Shown here piece by piece: positions 27,622 to 33,982 of a DNA stretch of 38,796 nucleotides; positions within the stretch are counted from its first letter, which is position 1, and the number at the start of each line of letters is the position of its first letter. The notes under the pieces are model-generated. The model worked only from the letters and a program-made list of their open reading frames with translations, searched no databases and was not told the origin of the DNA. The translations under genes were made by a program, and so were the position numbers. The stretch comes from Flavobacteriia bacterium (GTDB lineage: Bacteria > Bacteroidota > Bacteroidia > Flavobacteriales > Schleiferiaceae): contig RFXV01000001.1 of assembly GCA_009921445.1 (NCBI GenBank), positions 1 through 38,796 on the forward strand, written 5' to 3'.

Positions 27622-28072
27622 CGCAGCGCTCGAAGTTCTCATTCAGGACGAGATCAAGACGGCCATGAAGGCCAAGGATCGCGAAAAGCTCGAGGCGCTG
27701 AGAAGCATCAAATCCGCCATCATGCTGGCCAAGACCGAGAAAGGTGCACGGACCGAACTGGGTCGTGACGATGAGGTCAAACTCCTCCAAAGACTTCTCA
27801 AGCAACGCAAAGAAGCCGCGTCGATCTTTGCCGAACAAGGTCGGGAGGACCTGGCCACCGTGGAGCAACAACAATCTGAGATCATCCAGTCGTTCCTGCC
27901 TGAGGCCATGGACGAAGCTGAACTTCGCCTGCTCATTCAGGCTGTGATCGACCAGGTCGGTGCCACTTCTCAAAAGGATATGGGAAAGGTGATGGGCCCC
28001 GCGAATGCGCGTATCGCTGGAAGGGCCGAGGGCAAGAAGATCGCTCAGATCGTCCGTGAGCTGCTGAGCTGA
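27611..28072 (+). CDS. yqeY: GatB/YqeY domain-containing protein
   Basis: 153 aa. IKTAMKAKDREKLEALRSIKSAI and C-terminal KDMGKVMG...GRAEGKKIAQIVRELL. 11-nt overlap with ftsZ. Confidence 0.85.
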   Translation: MSTDAALEVLIQDEIKTAMKAKDREKLEALRSIKSAIMLAKTEKGARTELGRDDEVKLLQRLLKQRKEAASIFAEQGREDLATVEQQQSEIIQSFLPEAMDEAELRLLIQAVIDQVGATSQKDMGKVMGPANARIAGRAEGKKIAQIVRELLS

Positions 28073-28078
28073 TCGCGC

Positions 28079-28774
28079 CTATTCGAAAGTAAAATTGATG
28101 AGCACCGCCCGGGTGTGGATGGACCGAATGCCGTCCACCAGCAGGGTGCCGTCCTGAATGAGCAGATCGGCTTGCCCAAAGGTGGCGATCAGTTGCGGAC
28201 TGAATTTAAAGTATTCAAAGTAGATGTCGACTCCTACGCCGATCTCGTACCCGAGATCATTTCGGTTCAGCTTGAAGAACTCCTCTTCTTTCGTGTCCAT
28301 CTTCGAGGCCAGATCCAGCGTGTATTTCAGGCCGGCCAGCAGATACCAGCGATGGTTGTCCATCCGGTCGCCACGAAATTTCAGTTCCCAGGGCACCTCA
28401 ATGAAAGCTGATTCCACCTCCCTAAAAACCGTACTTCGTCTTCCGCTGAAGCGATCGTTCACATCGAAATACAGATTCCGCACGGTGGCCGAGAAGCCCG
28501 GGACAAAACGCAAAGCAAGATTGTCTGTAAGCCTCAGGTCTGAGACGATGCGTATGGTATATCCAGGTTTGACCTCAGAACGAACCGCATAGTAACCAGG
28601 AATGGACGTCAGATCGTACTCCCGAATGTAGAAATCTGAATAGTTGATGCCCAGGCTGAAGCCGAAATGCAGAGGTTTCGTATCGTACTTGGGCTGGTTT
28701 CTCAGACGCCCTCTTTGGGCACTCAGCACAAGTGGAAGAGCAATCAGCAGTGTGACGATTCGTATCATCCTCAT
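28079..28774 (-). CDS. porT: PorT/SprT-like outer-membrane beta-barrel protein (T9SS/gliding-associated family)
   Basis: 231 aa. Signal peptide ...VLSAQ, LHFGFSLGINYSDF, amphipathic beta-strand pattern, C-terminal ...LINFTFE. Its position beside ubiE matches the flavobacterial synteny I recall. The specific PorT assignment is not verified. Confidence 0.6.
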   Translation of the reverse strand: MRMIRIVTLLIALPLVLSAQRGRLRNQPKYDTKPLHFGFSLGINYSDFYIREYDLTSIPGYYAVRSEVKPGYTIRIVSDLRLTDNLALRFVPGFSATVRNLYFDVNDRFSGRRSTVFREVESAFIEVPWELKFRGDRMDNHRWYLLAGLKYTLDLASKMDTKEEEFFKLNRNDLGYEIGVGVDIYFEYFKFSPQLIATFGQADLLIQDGTLLVDGIRSIHTRAVLINFTFE

Positions 28775-28800
28775 TTTCAGGGAACGCTCTTTCTGTTTGG

Positions 28801-29526
28801 TTATTTCTTCCCGATGTAAAGACTGGCTACACCAAAGGTCAAGGGCAAACAGCGCAGTTCTGACATTCCAGCGGCTTTCATATGCTCCAAGAATGCTGAA
28901 CCATAGGGAAAGGCCTTTACGGATTCAGGCAAATAACTGTAGGCTGACTCATCCTTTGACAAGAGCTTTCCAAAAGCGGGCAAGATGTACTCGGAGTAAA
29001 AAGTATATAGCTGTCTGAATGGGCTCGAAGTTGGTTTGGAGAATTCCAGTACGATGACCGTTCCTCCTTTGCGGGTCACTCGAACCATCTCTGACAGACC
29101 CTGATCCAGATGTTCAAAGTTGCGTACCCCAAAGGCGGCTGTGACCAGATCGAAGGAATCGTCGTCGTAACCGATATTTTCAGAGTCTCCGAATTCAAGC
29201 CTGACCTTTGGGTCCATCCCTCTCTTGGTCACCTTCTGCCTGCCCACTTCCAACATACCGTTGGAAATGTCAAGGCCAATGATCTCATGCGCACCGGTCT
29301 TCTCCAATGCGATGGCCACGTCGCCTGTTCCGGTAGCGATATCCAAAATGCGTTCAGGCGCAATCTTTTTGGCCTCACGAACCAACCTCCGCCTCCAGCC
29401 CTTGTCGATGCCGAACGATAAAAAGTGATTGAGAAAGTCATACCGCCCACTGATCTGATCGAACATTTGGGCGACCTGTTCTTTCTTCGAGCCATCTGCC
29501 TCTTTATACGGTTTTACCTGCGCCAT
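28801..29526 (-). CDS. ubiE: demethylmenaquinone / ubiquinone C-methyltransferase
   Basis: MAQVKPYKEADGSKKEQVAQMFDQISGRYDFLN and SAM motif ILDIATGTGD. ATG at 29526 gives a full-length match, so the track's 17-codon 5' extension to 29577 is unnecessary. Confidence 0.9.
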   Translation of the reverse strand: MAQVKPYKEADGSKKEQVAQMFDQISGRYDFLNHFLSFGIDKGWRRRLVREAKKIAPERILDIATGTGDVAIALEKTGAHEIIGLDISNGMLEVGRQKVTKRGMDPKVRLEFGDSENIGYDDDSFDLVTAAFGVRNFEHLDQGLSEMVRVTRKGGTVIVLEFSKPTSSPFRQLYTFYSEYILPAFGKLLSKDESAYSYLPESVKAFPYGSAFLEHMKAAGMSELRCLPLTFGVASLYIGKK

Positions 29527-29568
29527 AAAAAAAGAACACCCTTCGCTGCAATTGGTTGCAAGGGTGTT
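29527..29568 (-). terminator. Rho-independent terminator after the tRNA-Arg pair, abutting the ubiE start codon
   Basis: Minus strand reads AACACCCTT-GCAA-CCAA-TTGC-AGCG-AAGGGTGTT-CTTTTTTT-ATG. That is a 9-bp outer stem plus a 4-bp inner stem, then a 7-T run ending directly at the ubiE ATG. Confidence 0.55.
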
Positions 29569-29581
29569 GTGAATCATTTAG

Positions 29582-29653
29582 TAGCCCCGAAGGGAATCGA
29601 ACCCATACCTAGAGAACCGGAATCTCTTATTCTATCCATTAAACTACGGGGCC
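29582..29653 (-). tRNA. tRNA-Arg (anticodon CCG)
   Basis: Reverse complement: GGCCCCGTAGTTTAATGGATAGAATAAGAGATTCCGGTTCTCTAGGTATGGGTTCGATTCCCTTCGGGGCTA. It has a 7-bp acceptor stem (G1-U72), anticodon stem AGAGA/TCTCT, loop TTCCGGT, and T-loop TTCGATT. There is one U-U mismatch in the T stem and no encoded CCA. Confidence 0.85.
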
Positions 29654-29668
29654 AAAACGGACCATCTG

Positions 29669-29740
29669 TAGCCCTGCCAGGAATCGAACCTGGATCTAGA
29701 GTTTAGGAAACTCCTATTCTATCCGTTGAACTACAGGGCC
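29669..29740 (-). tRNA. tRNA-Arg (anticodon CCT)
   Basis: Reverse complement: GGCCCTGTAGTTCAACGGATAGAATAGGAGTTTCCTAAACTCTAGATCCAGGTTCGATTCCTGGCAGGGCTA. Clean cloverleaf with anticodon loop TTCCTAA and T arm CCAGG-TTCGATT-CCTGG. Confidence 0.9.
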
Positions 29741-29775
29741 CAAGCTTCTGCAAGAACGCTCCCCAAAAGGGGCGG

Positions 29776-29783
29776 CAAAGATA
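29776..29783 (-). promoter_or_regulatory. candidate -7 box (TATCTTTG) for the tRNA-Arg pair
   Basis: Minus strand TATCTTTG fits TAnnTTTG, 36 nt upstream of the first tRNA 5' end. Single-motif evidence only. Confidence 0.3.
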
Positions 29784-29832
29784 AGGAACCCTTTGGGCAG
29801 TTGCTAGTCAGTACGGAGCCGGTCAAAAGAAA

Positions 29833-30516
29833 CTAGCGTCTGCGGTTGCGAACCTGCTGACGCGCATACTCTTCCCAGTCGCGGATCTTCCCCTCGATTT
29901 CATCCTGCTTCTTATCCACATGGCTCATGGTGCGACGGACCATTTGCGTATACACGATCAGTGCAACAAAGAGCAGGACAAAGAGCAACTTGAATGTGAT
30001 GTAGCTCTGAAAGGATGTACGGGGCGGCTCGATCAGGAATAGAGGAACCACCAGAGAATCCATAAAGAACAAAACAACAATGATCCCTGTGAAGAAGGAC
30101 AACAACCAACTTCTTCCCTTGACGAAGACAAATGTCACCTGAACCACGAGCAGTCCAATGAAACAAGCGATACTGTATCTCAAATACGGCATTGGAGCGT
30201 CCGTCTTCAGCGTCCAGCTGGGAATGAACACCTCGACGGCAAGCAGTATGAGATAGCAGACCAAGGCCACTTTGTACTGACCGTTGGCATTGAGGCTTAG
30301 ACAAAAAAGACTGCCCATTGTGAGGGTACCGATAATGTGCAGAAAACCAGAATTGACATCGGGGAAGAAAATTCCTGTTCCTACTTGCAATGCAAGACCG
30401 ATCATCCAGATCAGGACAATGATGCCGCTCAGTGCGCGCGTCACTCTTCGTTCCTCTTCAGGCAGATGCACAGGCACCGACCATGACGAGAAGGCATTCA
30501 AGAATGATTGCATCAT
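29833..30516 (-). CDS. uncharacterised polytopic membrane protein (6-7 TM) with charged C-terminal helix
   Basis: 227 aa, mostly hydrophobic helices, ending ...MSHVDKKQDEIEGKIRDWEEYARQQVRNRRR. I recognise no catalytic or family motif. Confidence 0.7.
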   Translation of the reverse strand: MMQSFLNAFSSWSVPVHLPEEERRVTRALSGIIVLIWMIGLALQVGTGIFFPDVNSGFLHIIGTLTMGSLFCLSLNANGQYKVALVCYLILLAVEVFIPSWTLKTDAPMPYLRYSIACFIGLLVVQVTFVFVKGRSWLLSFFTGIIVVLFFMDSLVVPLFLIEPPRTSFQSYITFKLLFVLLFVALIVYTQMVRRTMSHVDKKQDEIEGKIRDWEEYARQQVRNRRR

Positions 30517-30576
30517 ACGGGTAAAGGTAGAATAACCTCCACAACGGCAAGAAACTTCTGACCCAAGACTGGTTTC

Positions 30577-30915
30577 TTAGATTCCGAAGGCTTCATTGAC
30601 CTCGTCGATCATTTCGTGGTGAGGTCCTGCCATCAAGTCGATCTTTAGGGTATTCTTCAGATTCCAAGTGCCCCAGATCGCCATCAAGAGAACAACTGTT
30701 CCTAAGAAAACCAGAAGAAGGGTCTTTGCACCAAAGGTGAATTTATCGAGTACTTCGTCTACGTGATCCCGTTCTTGTGGAACCGCATCGACCAATGGTT
30801 CAAGCTCGTTGACCCGAGCTACTCTTTGCAATGGGACAGCAGCCGTACGCACTCTTCCCTGTACTTCCTGGAAAGTTCCTTCTGTGTAGACCGGAGTGTT
30901 TGCTGTGTATCCCAT
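30577..30915 (-). CDS. uncharacterised single-pass membrane protein
   Basis: 112 aa. Soluble N-terminal ~67 aa, one TM segment (TLLLVFLGTVVLLMAIWGTW), and a short C-terminal tail. It lies 60 nt upstream of, and on the same strand as, the 227-aa gene. Confidence 0.55.
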   Translation of the reverse strand: MGYTANTPVYTEGTFQEVQGRVRTAAVPLQRVARVNELEPLVDAVPQERDHVDEVLDKFTFGAKTLLLVFLGTVVLLMAIWGTWNLKNTLKIDLMAGPHHEMIDEVNEAFGI

Positions 30916-30939
30916 GATCTTGTTGCTCGATTACTGAGT

Positions 30940-30947
30940 CAAATGTA
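30940..30947 (-). promoter_or_regulatory. candidate -7 box (TACATTTG) for the 112-aa/227-aa membrane-protein genes
   Basis: Minus strand TACATTTG fits TAnnTTTG, 25 nt upstream of the ATG at 30915. Confidence 0.35.
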
Positions 30948-30960
30948 GTCCGCATCCTAC

Positions 30961-30986
30961 ATTCCTACAAGGTTTTTTGTAGGAAT
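30961..30986. repeat. perfect 10-bp inverted repeat ATTCCTACAA-N6-TTGTAGGAAT (candidate operator over the -33 region)
   Basis: Read directly: attcctacaa ggtttt ttgtaggaat. Related copies are TCCTACA at 30955-30961, TTCTTACAATT at 31051-31061 and TTCCTACAATT at 31146-31156. Confidence 0.6.
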
Positions 30987-31246
30987 ATTCTTGTTTTACG
31001 GAAGAGTAAACGCTAAATGCTTGATTTTTAAGCTCTTTAAAGTCGTCTAATTCTTACAATTCGGTTTCAGAAAAAGAATTTCGTCGCCCATTTGGGCTCA
31101 AAATCAGGTTCGGTTTACTCAAAAACCGTCTTTTAATACATCTATTTCCTACAATTAATTCTTTGGAATGCTTCTCTTGACAAACTCGGATCTTGCCTGA
31201 AAAAATGGAAGGAAAGACCTCGGATGTGAGAACCGAATTGGATCAG

Positions 31247-31723
31247 CTACTGACAATGCCGATGTGCACCACAACTCGCCGCCCAGGAAAAGGGCTTCCC
31301 TGCGGCCTTGAAACCCATGGATTGGATCAGGCCAATGCTTGCATCAAATAGCTGATGCGATTTGAACTGCGGATTTTCATTGATATCCACATGGACGGTG
31401 ATATCTCCAAATTCCCGCAAGAAGTCGGCCACCTCAACCGCACGCGTCACCTCACTCCACAGCCGCTCATAGCCACCTCCTTTGGGTTTTCGTTCGATCT
31501 CGTTCAAATGAACCTCGGACACGCCTCGTCCCACATCCCACATGCATACCACCGTCGAATACTTGACCTGATCTCCGCGGACTTTAGAGTCTGCACCGAT
31601 GTGGATCTGACCCATTGGATGCTCATTGAGCCAATTTCTAACATGTCTGCGCAGATCCAGGACCCTTCGGCCCTGCCCATCGCTGAAGCGCTCGGTTCGT
31701 GTAGCAGACGTTTCCATGGACAC
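31247..31723 (-). CDS. RNase H-like YkuK/DUF458 family protein
   Basis: 158 aa. IHIGADSKVRGDQVKYSTVVCMW, ERLWSEV...VEVADFL, and SMGFKAAGKPFSWAASCGAHRHC resemble the YkuK family pattern I recall. Not verified by search. Confidence 0.6.
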   Translation of the reverse strand: MSMETSATRTERFSDGQGRRVLDLRRHVRNWLNEHPMGQIHIGADSKVRGDQVKYSTVVCMWDVGRGVSEVHLNEIERKPKGGGYERLWSEVTRAVEVADFLREFGDITVHVDINENPQFKSHQLFDASIGLIQSMGFKAAGKPFSWAASCGAHRHCQ

Positions 31724-31791
31724 GAACGAATATAAGGAACAGCCTTGTCGGAAAGAAGGCGATCCAGGCGCGTTCCATCACTCGGATCGAA

Positions 31792-33327
31792 CTACTCTTT
31801 TAGAAAATTTCGGCTGAGAATACGCGAGGCCAATTCGAGCTGCAGCACATAGGCCCCAGCAGAAAGCTCATCTACTGGGATGACCCACCGATGGGTGCCG
31901 CGCAAATGGAATTGGGTCCGATCCGATGCACTCACCTCTCTTCCAGAGGCATCCAGAATCCTCCATCGTACAGTGCTGGGCGACTGAAGGAATGCCTCAG
32001 CATTCAACTCAGAAGTGACCGGATTTGGAAAGACCCCGAGCATGCCTGTCGTGGGCCCGTCGTAGGCCTCCTGCTGCAAGCTATTCTGCAGGGAGATCTG
32101 TTCGTCTCCTGACAGATAGTCCACGTATTGGAGTACGCAGTAGAACATCTCATCCGATGTGTTGTCTCCCCAGCTGATCCCGACCGGGGGAGAGTTGGGA
32201 TTGTTGGGATTCGAGGCCGTGTTGTCGTAAGTGCACTCCATATAGAAGGTGCTTCCGGCAGGAACCTTGGTCATGTATAAGGGCTTGTACATTCCCTGCC
32301 AATTGAAATCCCAGTCCGGAATGCGAATGACTTTGGTGGTATCTCCATTGGCCTCCACGAAATACAGCTCCCAACTTTCTCCGATCAGGTGTGCGTGCGG
32401 CAAGAATCCGATCAGACTGACATCGTTTGAAATATTGATGGCTCGCTTTACTGTGGTCACCTGATCGGGCGGAAGGAATAAGTTGAAGTATGCGTACTCA
32501 TAATTTTCCACTTCCCGCACGATCGGCTGATCAGTAAAGAATATGTTGACATAAGAGCTGTCTTGTTCTGCAAATGGATAAGGCGCATAGTGCAACTGCA
32601 TCAAAAGATCACTTCCTGCAGGAAGGATCTGGCCCGTTCCCGCTGGAAATCTTTCGGGCAGGATACCCGGTGCCCAGCCCCCGTAAAAATGTTCGGTGGG
32701 CACGCCGAATTCGCCAAATGAGGTGTACCCATAGCCAGGTTCGCTGGCGTCTCTTTGCTGGGCCTGCCCATTGATATCTGAGGCGAACAATGCATGGTGA
32801 ACGATCTTCTTGTTTCCCGGCCGGAATTCCATAGCTGCGATCTCCCTGTCCTGACTGAGTCCTGTGGGCAGAACGAACACCCGGTAATCATCCTGATTGT
32901 TCCCATTGGTGGTGTACGCCTCGGACATGCTCAGCACCATATCGGGAACGCCGAGAACCGAACCCGATGGGAAATTCGGAAAAGCAGGTTCCAGGCTCGG
33001 GTCACCCTGCGGGGCTCCACTGTTCACCCAATCGATGATCGTTTGTTTTTCCGCTGCACTCAGAATGCGTTCACCTACCAAATGCGTGTAGTTTGGATCG
33101 GGCGGCCAGGGCGGCATGAGTTCATTCTCTACCACATATTTGATGCTCATGGACCGGTTGGCCACTTCTGCGTAATTGGTCAGTGGGAAGGGGCCGATCT
33201 CATTCGGCCGGTGGCAACTGCTGCAGTTGCCGTAGATGATGGAAGCCACATCTTCACTGAAATTCACGTTCTGTGCGGCGAGAAAAGTCGAAGCTGTGAG
33301 GCACAGCACAATGGATAGTCTATTCAT
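31792..33327 (-). CDS. secreted CxxCH-motif + PHM/DBH-like copper monooxygenase with T9SS C-terminal sorting domain
   Basis: 511 aa with a signal peptide. CSSCH at aa 35-39 with LMPPW at aa 70-74. Candidate Cu ligands are HH177-178, H246, H311-A-H313 and M394 (SDEMFYC). The C-terminal ~80 aa (GVFPNPVTSEL...YVLQLE...) looks like a Por_Secre_tail. Confidence 0.8.
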   Translation of the reverse strand: MNRLSIVLCLTASTFLAAQNVNFSEDVASIIYGNCSSCHRPNEIGPFPLTNYAEVANRSMSIKYVVENELMPPWPPDPNYTHLVGERILSAAEKQTIIDWVNSGAPQGDPSLEPAFPNFPSGSVLGVPDMVLSMSEAYTTNGNNQDDYRVFVLPTGLSQDREIAAMEFRPGNKKIVHHALFASDINGQAQQRDASEPGYGYTSFGEFGVPTEHFYGGWAPGILPERFPAGTGQILPAGSDLLMQLHYAPYPFAEQDSSYVNIFFTDQPIVREVENYEYAYFNLFLPPDQVTTVKRAINISNDVSLIGFLPHAHLIGESWELYFVEANGDTTKVIRIPDWDFNWQGMYKPLYMTKVPAGSTFYMECTYDNTASNPNNPNSPPVGISWGDNTSDEMFYCVLQYVDYLSGDEQISLQNSLQQEAYDGPTTGMLGVFPNPVTSELNAEAFLQSPSTVRWRILDASGREVSASDRTQFHLRGTHRWVIPVDELSAGAYVLQLELASRILSRNFLKE

Positions 33328-33833
33328 TTATTTGATTCTTCAATCTTTTGCAAAGGAAGTAAACAGCCAACGGCTTGGGTTCGAAGTAGAAACGTTCCTG
33401 GATCGTCGAGTGTTCTTTGCATGGCCAACTGCAGATCTCTTATCCGTTCGCCACGGTTGCGCTGTCCGATCTTGGAAAAGCTGTTGTCGATCCGGCCCTG
33501 GTAAGTGAGTTGCCCTGAACGACTGAACAGGAGCGCCTCGGGCATGGTGGTCGCTTTCAACTCCTTCGCCCGCTCAAAGGCTCCCTCGATCGACCAGGTT
33601 CCGTGGAGACCTGCTCGATCCATAAAGGCTGTCACCGCCTCATAGTCGGCGCTGATCGGAAACAAATAGTTGAAATCGATCCGGTCTGCGAACTCGTTCT
33701 CTAACGCATTCAACTCGACACTTTGGCTCAGGCTCACAGGGCAATCCTCAGCCATCAGAATGACCACCTTGGCTTTTTGTGCGGATAGCTCGAGCACACA
33801 AAACAGACAGATCAGAACAAGAATACGATTCAC
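33324..33833 (-). CDS. secreted thioredoxin-fold (redoxin-like) protein with monothiol CPVS motif
   Basis: 169 aa. Signal peptide ...ELSAQ. VVILMAEDCPVS sits at the position of the WCxxC motif. TMPEALLFSRSGQLTYQGRIDN resembles the redoxin cis-Pro strand. ATGA overlap with the monooxygenase start. Confidence 0.7.
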   Translation of the reverse strand: MNRILVLICLFCVLELSAQKAKVVILMAEDCPVSLSQSVELNALENEFADRIDFNYLFPISADYEAVTAFMDRAGLHGTWSIEGAFERAKELKATTMPEALLFSRSGQLTYQGRIDNSFSKIGQRNRGERIRDLQLAMQRTLDDPGTFLLRTQAVGCLLPLQKIEESNK

Positions 33834-33952
33834 AGTATTTAAAAGTAGTTCAATTGATCATGTCCATCTGTGCGCGTTCTAAAGCCGCCTACCTTGGCAC
33901 ATCTTTAACTTTTGCCAAATCGATGGAACGGACGGATTCATTCGGGCGCTTG

Positions 33953-33960
33953 TATTTTTG
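33953..33960 (+). promoter_or_regulatory. candidate -7 box (TATTTTTG) for secA
   Basis: Fits TAnnTTTG, 23 nt upstream of the secA ATG at 33983. Single-motif evidence only. Confidence 0.3.
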
Positions 33961-33982
33961 ACCTCCTTTACACCAACAGAAC

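Noticed and set aside
31081-31140. Small inverted repeats GCCCA-TT-TGGGC (31086-31097) and CGGTTT-actcaa-AAACCG followed by TCTTTT (31111-31134), considered as terminators or an sRNA 3' end.
   Set aside because: The stems are short and AT-rich or have too-small loops. The orientation with a T-run (plus strand) has no upstream plus-strand gene. I noted them only as part of the AT-rich spacer finding.
29582-31723. A tRNA-associated genomic island next to the tRNA-Arg pair, suggested by the lower-GC unknown genes and the AT-rich spacer.
   Set aside because: I saw no integrase, recombinase or mobility gene and no direct repeat of a tRNA 3' end. The unknown genes also lie on the 5' side of the tRNAs, whereas integrative elements normally insert at the 3' end.
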